From assembly GCA_000165425.1 (NCBI GenBank), contig CT868654.1, positions 1 through 64,000 on the forward strand: a stretch of DNA of 64,000 nucleotides, given 5' to 3'. This DNA comes from Paramecium tetraurelia (taxonomy: Eukaryota). The notes beneath the pieces were generated by a model. It was not told the DNA's origin. It did no database searches and was given only the letters and a program-made list of their open reading frames with translations. The translations under genes were made by a program, and so were the position numbers. Of the stretch, positions 1-12,822 are shown one piece after another (positions within the stretch are counted from its first letter, which is position 1; every line of letters starts with the position of its first letter).

Positions 1-1110
1 TTAAATAAATTAGAGGGTCATGGTGGATCAGTCAATTAAGTATGCTTTTCTCCGAATGGTTAATCATTAGTGTCTTGTAGTAATGATAATTCGATTATAT
101 TGTGGGATGTTAAAACTGGGAAATAAAAACTCAAAATCAAAGCCTAGTGGAATGTACAATCAGTTTGTTTTTCTCATAATAATACTACAATAGCTTTTCA
201 GCAGCGGTAAATTTGTGTATTTATGGAATCTTAAAACAAGAAAATAAATAAAAAAATTAGTTGGGCATTTAAAAACAGTTGAATCAATATCTTTCACTCC
301 AAATGATACTATATTAGCATCTGGTAGTTCAGATAAGTCGACTCGTATTTGGGATGTTAAGGCAGGTAAATAAAAAGCCAAATTAGATGGTCATTCTTAT
401 ACAGTTTATTCAGTCAATTTCTCTCCTGATGGTACTACATTAGCATCTGGTAGCAGAGATAACTCTATCCGTTTATGGGATGTTAAGACAGGATAATAAA
501 AAGCCAAATTAGATGGTCATTCATCAACAGATTATTCAGTCAATTTCTCTCCTGATGGTACTACATTAGCATCTGGTAGTTTGGATAACTCTATCCGTTT
601 ATGGGATGTTAAGACAGGATAATAAAAGCCAAATTAGATGGTCATTCAGATTAAGTTATGTCAGTCAATTTTAATCCTGATGGTACTAGATTAGCATCTG
701 GTGGTGATGATAACTCTATCCGTTTATGGGATGTTAAGACAGGATAACAAAAAGCCAAATTACATGGTCATTCAAATGGAATTCTATCAATCAGATGGCA
801 CTACATTAGCATCTGGTAGTTCAGATTACTCTATCCGTTTATGGGATGTAAAAACATCAAAGGAGATACTCCAATCAGATAGTAGCTACAATGATCTGCT
901 TGCCCAATTTAAATTACCACATCAGAATAGCCACTTATTGCCAAATGGTATTTATTATTAATCATTATTTAGTTACTCCTTATTGCACAATACTTAGAAT
1001 TTGTTAGAATCCTTTATTTTAAGCATCAGGAACACTTATCTTATAAGGACAATTCATAAATCATTAAGGGATTGATTTAAAACCTTTGTGTAAACCTAAA
1101 GGAAGTATGA
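1..1110 (+). pseudogene. 3' part of a WD40-repeat (NWD-like, highly conserved repeats) gene, frameshifted
   Basis: Code 6 gives tandem units like [42 protein letters not shown]. Lesions: an extra T at ~196, a missing A at ~625 and a ~11-nt deletion at ~790. There is a 25-nt intron at 948-972, followed by the tail TILRICQNPLFQASGTLILQGQFINHQGIDLKPL. The 5' end lies outside the window and the 3' end is approximate. Confidence 0.8.
362..850 (+). repeat. ~126-bp near-identical tandem WD40-coding repeats (about 4 units)
   Basis: GGTCAT (Gly-His) recurs at 389, 515, 640 and 766, spacings 126, 125 and 126, with near-identical flanking DNA. Confidence 0.9.
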
Positions 1111-2423
1111 AAATGTTATAAATCTTAAAAATATTATTATGGTAGGCTGAATCTCAAGAGTTGATGGTTGCATCAGTTTAAAAAACCACAAATTAACTCA
1201 TAGGATTCAAATGCAAATAAGATGGGCTGATTTCAAAAATTAAAGAAAAAATGTGTTTTGATTAGCTTGAATCAAGAATAAATATAAGGTTTAAAGTGAT
1301 TAAAATTAATCTATTAAAAGGAAATTAACAATTTTCATCCTATTGAAAAATCACAGCCAATTTTTTTTTCATCTAAAATATAATTCTAATTAGAATTTAT
1401 TATTGGACGAACTGAAATTGAAATAAAAAAAAAGATTATTTTGATAAAACTTTGGAAATATTTACACAAAACAATGTGAAAATATGACCATGGTTGAAAT
1501 AAATATTGTTCGACATTAATATTTAGGTTCTTTGATTAGTGTAGGAGTTTAAGAAATTATTTCTTGAATTACCAATCATTTTGTATTTTGGACAATATAA
1601 AATGAAAATTAGTAAAATTCAATTTAATAATAATTTAGGTGCAATTAAATTTAATGAGCTAGAAATTGAATCAAGTTGGCCCAATCAACCAAATATCATA
1701 CAGCCATTTAGCAAATTTATTAAAATGATACATAAATATTGAATTCATCATATTATAGCAGCCTATTTTTATTGATTTGATATGAACTATGTAACATTTT
1801 AGAAAGGAGTAGAAAACTATTTTCTTGAAAGTTCAACCATAATGCAATAAAATATTGCTTGCAAAAATCTAACAGAAATTAGACCAAATCATTCTTTATA
1901 AAATACTTTTTTTTATAAAATACTTTTTGTTTGTATCATAGAATCCAAATTTCTCATCAACATTGAATTATCTTATTTTATTAATTTAATTAAAGTAGTA
2001 ACCTTGTTACTAGATTCTTCAACTGGCGTTGAATTCTTCCACTTTTAACACAGCATTGGATGATTTGGCTCTCTTAATAGAGATTTAGGAACATTAATTT
2101 AATTTAATTTAATTTAATTTGATATTTATTTATTATTAATTCAATTATATCTAATTTTTTCATTTTTAATGAATTATTTATGCTTCGAAGCCTTAAAATG
2201 TTTTATTAGCAATAGCACTAAACATTTAATAAACTATTCTTAATTTATAATTATACATAGCAAATTTGATGTTATAAAAGAGGTAATTGTTAATATTGTT
2301 AGTTCAAATTACAAGCATTTTTTGATTAAGTTAATAAAAAATCAAATACTCAAAGAATATCGAATTATCCTTTATTTATTTTGGTCATTAATAATTAATT
2401 TTCAAATACTTCAATCAGAATTT

Positions 2424-4300
2424 CACTATTAAATTGCTTCGATAATTTAGAGATATACATCTATTATTCTAAGTAGTATATTAATTTAATATTGATAGAA
2501 AACTCTTTTTTATTTTAACTTAATTTTGAATTTCTTTTACTAACTACTTATTTGATATTGTATTACTTAATTTCTAAAGTTATGAAGTCTTACTTATAAT
2601 TCTTAATCACAATATTTTAATTTCTAAATAATAATTAAGATTTTAACTCAAAAATAATTATGAAGAGGAATTCACATATCGATATCGATCCAAAGGAGTT
2701 TAGAATAAGCCATATTTCTTTAGGCGGATGCCTAAAAAATTTTGATAATAATAGTCATTTGTTTTATTGTTTCTAACTTTTTACAAACTTCATAAATTTT
2801 ATTGCTAATTTTACTCATCAGACTGTTTCTTTTATTAGTTAACTTCCTTCAGATACTCGTCGACCCTAATGGTGTTATCAACACAGTTTAGGAGCATTCT
2901 AACTGTCAAATATTTGATCTAAAATGTTCTAATTTTCATAATTGAGTATTTTTTTTATTTTTTAAGTTTTAATCATCCTAAAATGTTCTATCTCCTTTCT
3001 ATTCTCTAAAAAATTTCCTCAAATACTTATCAAAAATATCAGATTATAGAAATAAACAATTCCCACCATCTCAAATATCTCTCGACCTTCGAACTCTTAT
3101 CTTCAACTCCTTTGGAAAAAATTTCCCTAATTACCTTTAGTTAGGGTCACTCAGTTTAATAGTTAAAAATATTTATTAACAAACCAATTTTATCTTTTTT
3201 GAAAATTCACTCCTAATATCATAAATTATTATTATTATTATTATTCCTGTTAAGGAACTAGACACGTAAATTATAATCAAAATCACTATTTCAGATCTAT
3301 TTTCTTTACTTCAATTTTGGTTAAATCCAATAGTTTATTCCTTATCTCCTTTCTTGCCTATTTACTTCTAATTTTTCCACTTAAATAATCAAACAAAAAG
3401 ACTTCACTTATTTATAAATGTTCATCTAGTACATGTTAATAGTGTGCTCTTTTTTAATGAGTAGCACAAAAATTACCCCCAATACATAAGAGCATTCTTA
3501 TTTCCGTGATCAATCTGTGGTTTTTCCTCAAGCGAATTAAGAAATCAATAACTGTATTTGATGTTGAAGGTGGAAGGCAATATCATAAATTTAACTCTCG
3601 GATAAATTTTACTTTACCAGATACTCTTCAAAAAGAATTCTGTAAGATATTTCTTTATTCTTTAAGTACGTTCATAATCTCCAAGGAAAAAATTATTTTA
3701 ATGGATGAACCACATTCACTCTTCATTTCGTAGTATATCTTTATGATTATAATATTCTTCTGCAGCCAACCTCATCTACTGGTAGGATCGACTAAATTAT
3801 CAAGGATGGCTCAAGCTACTGATACTTGATTTAGATTATTAATTTCTCAGCTGCATAGTTTTTATTTTGCCATCAATTAAATTCTTTGGTTAAATTCATA
3901 TCAATTCTAATAAATAAATTATTAATGAGTTCTTTACTTAAATGGAACTTTATGGTCTCAATCTTTTACCTATGGTTTCCTTTTGTCTATTGAATTTCCT
4001 TTATACTGAACAGAAATTACAGTTCCCAATTAATTAGCCACTTCTTAATCATCAGAAGTGATCTTATTATTATCTTTCTCCAGTCAATACAAAATATATT
4101 AGACATATGTTAAAGAAATTAGACCATCATTTAAAATGACTTGGAAAATATTCAAATTAAATCACATACTGGATATAAATTTTGGTTTCATTTTCTATTT
4201 TGGAAAAGAATAGTTGATATTCTGAGTGAATCTAGTATCAGGTATAGACTATTTGTTTAGATTAAACATCCTTTTGATTAAATGTAAACTAAATTAGTCA
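2424..4300 (-). pseudogene. Decayed coding sequence of unknown family
   Basis: Coding-like, A-rich minus-strand segments (e.g. DNTIRVDEYLKEVNQQKK, MRLAAEEYYNHKDILRNEE) are broken by in-frame TGA and frame changes. No consistent intron model was found and boundaries are approximate. Confidence 0.3.
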
Positions 4301-4530
4301 ACCAAATACAATACTAATAAACCTAAATTTATTTTGTTTCTATTGATATATCTTTTTATTTTAATATTCAATTTATTATATGTATGGAATAATAATTCTA
4401 ACTATTTCAAATTAATCAATCATATCAAATTCAAATAGAGATTTTTATTATGTTATTTGATTCATGACTGGACAATCATACTTCAAGTAAGAATTGTTCT
4501 AATTAATTTATTGATACAATATTTTATAAA

Positions 4531-5743
4531 TCAATCATATACAGGATCGTAATCTAAATATAAATTGGCTTTGCATTCTACAATATTTGGATTTAATGAT
4601 AATTCATCTACATTTAGCATTTCCAAATCCTCTATAACTCTTTTTCGACTTCTTTTAACTCTTTTTTGGGTTTCATATTAGATAAGTTTCATTTCAGGAG
4701 AAGGAGATTTAGTAAATATCTTTTCATCTTTCTCTCTAGATTGCTTTTACTATCTTCTCTTCTCTCTTTTTTTCTCTCTTTAATCGCTATTTAATATTCT
4801 GGTTTCTCTTTATTCGCTATTTTATTTACTATTGACATATCTTAGGGTTTCCTCAATCTCATTAAAAGCCCTGATTGTTTATTTTCCATATTTTATTAAT
4901 TTTGATCTTTCTTTTCATTTTGGCTCATAAATAAATTAATAATTTTCTTATTTGTATCTTTATTGCTATCATCACTATTGATACCAAAAGTAAAAAGCAT
5001 GGTTTTCTTATTATCTTACTTCTTTTCTGACTTTGGTATAACTGTTTAAGGTAAGGCTATATCATTAGGATTATATTTGTTATTCAATTATATTGACTCT
5101 CTATCCTTATTACTGACACTATCACACCCATCAGAGTTTGATCTTAAAGTAGAAAGATGATTATTAGCAATTCTTTTTCTTTATTTCTGGAATTTCGGTA
5201 AACTCATTTTTGGCTCATTTTATATTTTAGGCTCAAGAGTTTCTTTGAATTCTCTCATATTATTTAAATCTTTATAATATATGGTTACTTGAAATTCCTT
5301 ATAATCGAGGGATTGCTATTATTCTTTATATATTGTTTTCTTATTATCTTTTTAAGATTCCTTCTGTTCTTTTGATTATTATTTCCTTTATTTGCCTTGA
5401 GTTTTTTTCTTTTGAGTTTTTCTCTCATTATCATTCTCATTTTCATCATCTTCTTCTTCTTCCTACCTTATTTTCCATCCTTTATGTGAATCGATCGTCA
5501 CAGGCTTATCTCCAAATACATCATCAAAATTTTCATCATATTTAGCCAAAAAATCTGCCTAATCCATTTTTGGCAGTGGTTTCTTGCGAGAATTGTAATT
5601 CTGTAATTGCTGAATACTCTATTTCTTAAATTATGGCATTTCTTAACGTTCTGGAATTTCATCTTGATCATCTCTGAGACATCCTCAATTTAAAAAGTGC
5701 TTCTATTATGTGTACTAGGGAATATTTTGTTTAAGAAATTCAT
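4531..5743 (-). CDS. Hypothetical charged low-complexity protein
   Basis: Starts MNFLNKIFPRCLRDDQDEIPERQ. Open in code 6 with a 32-nt intron (5684-5715) and a probable 20-nt intron near 4820-4835. TGA at 4531-4533. Confidence 0.6.
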
Positions 5744-5795
5744 AGATATATATATATATAATTACGCTGAAGTGAACTATAATATTGATAAAATT

Positions 5796-7160
5796 ATGGA
5801 GGCTTTTTAATTAAAATTATAACGAATGAAAAATTACAAATAACAACTATAATACTTATTGTAAAAACCTATTGCGAGTCCTCAATTCCGATAAATATTT
5901 CTTGAATGTGACCAATATCAAATGATAGTTTAAGTGCTAATCGAAGCCAAATCGGATAAAATTAGCGTAGTTAAAGAACAATTGAAATTGTTTGGACTAT
6001 TGGCTGAATGTGCCAATGAAAACTTGAGTCCTCAATTACAAATGATATTCACTCATCTATTAAAAAGAATAAAAGATTTCGAATCAATGAGTTGTGTTTG
6101 CACACAAGTACCTGAAATCATAGGAAAAATAGTCAAACATTGTTGTTTCGACGGAGATGTATTAAATAGCATTTTGAAACCACTCATGAATCATTTGAAT
6201 TAAAATGCTTAACATGCTCTCTGTTTAACCAGAGTAGTTTAATTTTTGTCTTACGAAATCCTCGAACAAAATGCTTTATTCCTATTTAGGAAATTCATCT
6301 CATTATTGAATCAACAACATGGTAAAGTGGAGATCCTAGAAGGAATGGCTGCAATCATCTTAAGTGTGGAGGAGTAATCAGAGTATTAAAATTCATTTAT
6401 CCTAGTATCTTTGCTGATGAAATCATCCCTCATTTGTAATAATTGCTGTCTAATCAATAGTGGCAAGTGAAGAAGATGGCTCTAGACATATTGTACTCTC
6501 TTGTAGTCTTCTAAAAAGATAAAATTCAGGACCACTCCTATTTTAAGGAATTAATGTATGAGTTAAAATCAAATAAGGTAATTATTGTAATTGAATTATT
6601 AGATAAAACAAGTAAGAGATTCAGCAAACTTAATATTGGATGTGTTACAATAGAATAATTAAATGTAATCGAATAATTCTTAATAACAATTAATACAACC
6701 CTAATTAGATAAGTAAGTTACATCTGTTGAAAGATAGACCAACTATGGAGGTTAAATTAAATCCTAATCTCAACCTTAATTATTAATTAACACAACCAAT
6801 AAGTAATCACACTTAAATAATGCTATACCTCAATAACCACAAACTCCTTCTCAACAATAAATGAATCGACTATCGCAAACACCTGCTTAAACTAACAAAG
6901 CTAACGCAGATGACAAACTTCAATTGGCAATTGAAGCAATATAGTTATTGAGTGGGATATTGAAGGCCAAAGGAATGTGTGATCCAGGAGAAACCTAATA
7001 AATAGACTCCATATTGAATAGATTGAATGAAAGAGATAGTTACAATCAACCTACAATCAAATTTTTTCAGTTTAATGATGCTGAGACATTTATTAGCAGG
7101 GAGGCAGCAGAAATCTTGAGAGAATTCAAGGAGAAATAAAGATAAGATTATCTAAGATGA
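5796..7160 (+). CDS. HEAT-repeat protein, TORTIFOLIA1/SPIRAL2-like
   Basis: Segments VVKEQLKLFGLLAE, LSPQLQMIFTHLLKRIKD, ILKPLM and WQVKKMALDILYSL resemble the TOR1/SPR2 N-terminal HEAT domain. Introns at 6383-6405 and 6578-6602; the spliced length is divisible by 3. Confidence 0.65.
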
Positions 7161-7231
7161 TTTAATTTTATAAGCCATTATATATTAAGAAATCGCAAAA
7201 TTTAATTAATAAATATCCAAAAAACTAAATC

Positions 7232-9745
7232 ATGTCTTAATCATATTTTTCCGGTCTTATGAGTTGGTATATATACATAATAGATTGACTTAGGGTGAAA
7301 AAGCACAACGGTAATAACCAATTGGTTATTGGTCAGAGATCCATCAGTCTTTTCATCTTGAAGATGTATTTACATGACAGATTAGTCTAGAAATCCTTAT
7401 ACAAATTGAATTCGAACTAATCAATTCAATTCAAGGATTCGATTGAACAAATATGCTAAATCTCTGAATAAAATTAAAAAAATAATTTTGAGGAAGTACA
7501 CCTTCAGTTTTATTCTTAGAAACTGTTATCTTAACTTACTCTCGTGGATTAGGATGAAATATTCGATACGATCTGTATCAGAGGAGATATGATTAGTATA
7601 ATCACTTTGCTTAGGGATTGTTCCAATGGCAAGGCTTTTACAGAGTAACTAAAGATTATTGAAAATAATAAACAGTTGAAGGTTCAAGATGCTACTTGGT
7701 TTGATTCTACTCAACCTTAGAGCTGTCTAAATTGGATAATAAATGAGTTTGAAAAGTAGGTCACTTTGCTCTATTATAAACACATTAACTTCATCAATCA
7801 CGAATGCATCTAATAGTATTGGATAAACAATGGAAACAACATAAGGAAGAAGGTATCTGAATGTATTTCAAGTGTCATTCGACCAGATCAGAATATTCTC
7901 CTTTAATAATACTCTAATTTCATTAAGGATCACTCAATCAATGTTCAAACCATTCAGAGTAAGCTTAATGACAATTTGATTGAATCCATATTCTATTTAC
8001 CCTTGCACACTGCATTAACTCTTTAAGGTTTCTGTGAAAAATTGGTGCTTCAAATCATTCGAGAATCATATAAGCAATCAATTCTATTGGAATTGGAATG
8101 TTTAACTAAGAATGATCAAAATATGCAACCGCAATAATTGGCTTAATAGAAGTTAAAGAAAAAGAAGAAATAAAATAAGCAAAAGAAGTTAGTGCAATAA
8201 GTAATCTAAGAATAATTGCAGGTTGTTGTTTAGAAAGAGTAGGAGAATCAAGAAGTTACTACGTATGATAATCAAGACACTGAGGATTGGATTATAGTGA
8301 CTAAAAATAAAAAATAGAAATGCCCTAATCATACAAATCAGTCATGTAATATTAAGGAAAAATAATAAGAATAATAGGAACAATACCCTTAAATATAAGA
8401 TTCTAAGATTTCTATGGAGATTGAGGAAGTTAACAAGAATAGTATTCAGTTATAATAAGAAGAAAAAGTTTAGCAATAAGAATAATTATAAAATTAGGAG
8501 TAATAATAATAATTAAATTAATTATAATAATAAAAATTAGAGGAATCAGATTAATAATAAAAATAATAATCATATGAATAGAGTTTAATCACTCCTGAGA
8601 AGAAAAAGCCTAATAGAAAGAATCTAGTGTTACCTAAGAAGGTTGAATAAAATGAAGACCCCATTGATGAAAATCTTATGAATCAAGCCTTTTAATAAAT
8701 GATCAAAAAGTTAGATCTCGACATTAAGGAATTTACAGATTAGATCAGAAGGGAGAATGATTAGCAATTTCCAATAAGATAACTAATTTTCAATAGAATT
8801 TAATTCACAATTTAATTATTATTTAAGGAAGCAGGTGTGTGTCTGTTTGGATCATGTGTCACAAGATTGGCACTCCCTGATAGTGACATTGATATAGGGA
8901 TCACTGGACTGGAAACTCATTTATTAAACTAAAAGATGGATGCGATAATTGAGTTCTTGAGTAAAATGAATTGGGTCAAACGTATTAAGTAATTCATTAA
9001 TCAATATTAGACCAATCTATCCCACTTAAACTACTCTGCCTCTCATCAAACTATGGGTGGATCCTAGTATTCCCTTTAGAAGTGGGAATATGAACTTGCC
9101 TCATATCGATCTGGTTTGCCAATCACAGTTGATTTAGGTAGATATCAGTTTCTTTGGACACATCTAGCATTAGGGACTGACATCAACTGAACTCACGTGT
9201 TATTGGCTGCAAGAATACTAGGAGTTAAAAACTATAACACTTTTATTTAAAAGTTTGCTTAAAAAGAGAGGATTAAACGATTAATCTAAAGGTGGAATTT
9301 CATCGTTCTGCTTAGTACTAATAGTTGTGGCCTTTCTGGAGTACCATTATTAATAAAACGCTGGCTTCCAATCAATTGGATTGGCTACTTACAAATTTCT
9401 AGAATTCTACGGCACAAAATTCAATCCTCATTCGATGGGAATTTTTTATAAGGGTTTTGACTAGAAGTATCTATATGATTCGATAATAGTCCATTTTTTT
9501 ATTTGGAAAAAGATGACTTCTAGTTGACAATAGTTAGTCCCATAACCTATGATATTATTAGTCAGAGTAGTTCATTTGTTTAGACCATACTTCAAGATAT
9601 CAATGGACTATTTAATGCATGCGAAAATGAAACCAAATTCTTCTATGAGAAGGCGAAATTCAACAAGAAGAAACGAGGGAAGAAGGAGGAACGAAATCTG
9701 TTTTATAAGGAATTTGCAAAACTCACACCACTATTTAGTACTTGA
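7232..9745 (+). CDS. Non-canonical poly(A)/terminal nucleotidyltransferase (Trf4/Cid14-like)
   Basis: Pol-beta signature LFGSCVTRLALPDSDIDI, plus GGISSFCLVLIVVAFL and FLEFYGTKFN of the PAP-associated region. Long Q/E/K-rich N-terminal half and several tiny introns. Confidence 0.88.
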
Positions 9746-9769
9746 TTATATATATAAATATTAAATTGA

Positions 9770-10475
9770 ATGAGTGCACCAATAAAGATTGTTATGCTCG
9801 GAGAGGGTGAGACATATTCATTTTATCTTTAGGTAGAGTAGGAAAGACTTGTTTGACTTTGAGATATTGTTAAGATCAATTTAATGAGAGTTAAGAATCA
9901 TCTGTCAATGCCACTTACTTTGATAAAGCCGTAGACCTCGGAGGTGGCAAAGACATTAAATTGGCAATTTGGGTATTTAATTATTCGATTTCTAAAGGAC
10001 ACTGCCGGTCAAGAAATATTTCATGCACTAACTACCGTATATTATCGAGATGCTTATGGCGCTGTACTTGTTTATGATGTCACTTACAAAGAGTCATTCA
10101 TGAAAGTAGACTATTCAAATCAACTTATAGGTAGAAAAATGGGTAGAGGAGTTAAGACAATTTGGAACCAAAGATATTTCAATAGTTGTTGCAGGAAATA
10201 AGTGCGACATGAAGAATTAAATGCAAATTGATAAAAACGAAGTCGAAGAGTATTGCAAAAAGATTGGAGCAAAGCATTTCTTTACATCCGCCAAAGCAGG
10301 GGTTGGCATTACTGAATTGTTTAGATCTTTAGGCGAAAGTATAAATTCGATTAACTTAGGCATCTCAATCAAAGTCTAGGCTTAAGAAAGCAAAGGTAAG
10401 AAAAAGAAAGGTCTCTAAATCAAAGATGTAAAAGACACTAAGAAATCAAACTCAAAAAATGATGTATGTTGTTGA
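9770..10475 (+). CDS. RAB21: Rab GTPase, Rab21-like
   Basis: [37 protein letters not shown] and a C-terminal CC prenylation motif. Four tiny introns, the first at 9807-9832. Confidence 0.88.
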
Positions 10476-10527
10476 ATTAATTACGAAATTCTTAATCAAT
10501 ATATATTTTATATTCTATATTATAGAA

Positions 10528-12237
10528 TCAATCTAATCCCTCAGGAATCCCTTCATCATCTCCTTTTATCGTTTTAGGTTGAACTAAATTTTAAGACATC
10601 TTTTTAATAGTATCAATCTCTAAAAATACTCATCATGCATACATGTGTGAGCCTTTCTATTTTTCCTTTAAAAATCAGCATTTGGTTTCTTTATCCCTTT
10701 GGTCACATATCCAATCATTTTTTGAAATCCTGGGATTTGACCATCTCCCAATTCCCAAATTGGCAATCTACCCTCACTAACTACATCTTCACTTTGATGA
10801 TAGTTATTCATTTTAGATGTGGCAACTGAGGGATTTAAAGAAGGCAAATAATCTATCAATCCACTTGAGTTTAATTGAGGTATTTGCAAAAATGAATTTT
10901 GTTAAGGATAGGGTCTTAGATTTAAATTTCCAAAGGAAGGCATCTATGCAGGAATTTCAGGTTCTGCTATATTTATCATAATTGGATCTTTCTTCTTTGT
11001 CTTGTGACTAGTTGTTTTTTTAGTACTTTTCTTTTTCTTAGTATCTTGCATAATTTATTCGAAAGTTTGAGGTATTACTTTAGGTGGTTCTTTCTATTTG
11101 ACCAAATTAACCTTTTCCTCTTTGCTACTTTATTACATTATATGAACTGTAAGGTGCTTCTTCTTTTATTAGTACTCAGGTAGTTTCTCCCAATCATACT
11201 AAAATTATCCCTTTCGTTCCTTTTGAATCTACTCCAATTCCTCCTAAAAATAACTCTTCAAAAGTTAATAATTTGGTTATTATTTAAATTCATAGCCTCT
11301 TACATCTTACATGAACTTTGTAAAACACTTTTATATAAACACATTAAATACCCTTGGTAATTTGCCACATAACACATCTGGTTTGATTGTCTTCTTCATA
11401 TGGTGAATTTTAGCATATTTTAAATCCTTCTATTCAATCTGCAGATTCATCCAAGGCAGAGTTCCACTTGCCAAATATATCAACACATATCCTATACTTT
11501 CTAAATCATCCTTCCTTCCTTACTCCATTTCATCATGAGCACTTATACTAGCATATCTGGCAGTTCCAATCAAACCTGCTTTCTTAATATATTATATGTG
11601 ATCCCCTTTGGAGTTCTATATTAATCGCATCTAATTACAATGTAGTGTTTTGACAGTCCAAAATCAATCAGATAAATTATTTTAGGTGATGGCCCTGCCT
11701 CAAGTACGAAATTATCAGGTTTAATGTCTCTATGTAAAAAGCGACAATTATGGAGGGTTTCGATTCTATCTATCATCTATTCACTATATATTGTATCGAT
11801 GACCTACTTGAATTGCTATCTTTAATGAGGTCCCCAAATCAAAATTGCCTCCACACTTTCTTACTACAGATTCTAAATTCTTTCCGAGCATTGTCATTAT
11901 GCAATATGTGAATCTCTTTTCCTATCCATAAAACTTTATTTAAGGGAATCCAGTTTTTTTTCTAATATTTATCATCCTACTCACTACCTCATTTCGATCA
12001 ATACTTTGATTTCCTTCTCCAACATACTATAATCCTCCTCCTCTACTTCTACTTTCATTGCCATCACCTAATCTCCGCTTTTCTGATCTATCACTTTATA
12101 AACCTGCCCAAAAGAACCCTCTCCAATTTTCTAACTTATACTGAATCTTCCTTAGATAATATCTCCTATCTAATGATTTCGAGATTCATTACTTTCAACT
12201 CTTCATCGTCCTCATCACTTTCATAATGATGTTTCAT
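10528..12237 (-). CDS. Casein kinase 1 family Ser/Thr kinase
   Basis: IGEGSFGQVY, AMKVE, LHRDIKPDNF, IDFGLSK, GTARYASISAH and DDLESIGYVL. Several tiny introns and an extended C-terminus. Confidence 0.93.
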
Positions 12238-12822
12238 CTGTTTTATTATTAAATATAAAAAATACTTATGACTGGAATTCAAAGAAACAAATAAAAATTA
12301 TCATTTTTATCAAATATTAATTTAATCTTCATTTAATAAGTTAATGATTAACGCAAATAAGCATTTGTATCATTTCGAAATTCTTCTTACCCAATTATAT
12401 AAAAAGTACTAAATTGTAATTATTTTTTATATATTAAAATGATTGCTTGGTGAAATAATTAAAACTTTAATTTCAAATTATGTACCTATATTTGATCGTT
12501 ATTTTTAACATTATCAGGTAACGAAAGATTAAGATTAAGTAAGGGAAAATTGATTTGATTATTATTCTGAATTAAAATAATCTGATAGATTTTATTCTAA
12601 TTCAAAAATATTACAATATACTAATACTTTATCAGATTGTATTCTCTTTAATCAGCCTCACTCAATAAACATTTTCGCTGATTTAATTTATCAATTAAAT
12701 TAGACTAAAATATTAATAAAGTAAAATAGAATATTTTAAATAATTTAATAATTAAGATATATTGTTTCTAAAAAAAAATATACTATTAAGTTATTATCCA
12801 TTCAATGGTAAATTAATAAAAA

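Noticed and set aside
362..850. Regularly spaced repeats as a CRISPR array
   Set aside because: The units are contiguous 126-bp protein-coding WD40 repeats with no unique spacers, in a eukaryotic context.
1895..1928. Retained IES
   Set aside because: It is a simple 17-bp tandem duplication, shorter than the ~26-bp minimum for Paramecium IESs. IES retention cannot be judged without germline/somatic comparison.
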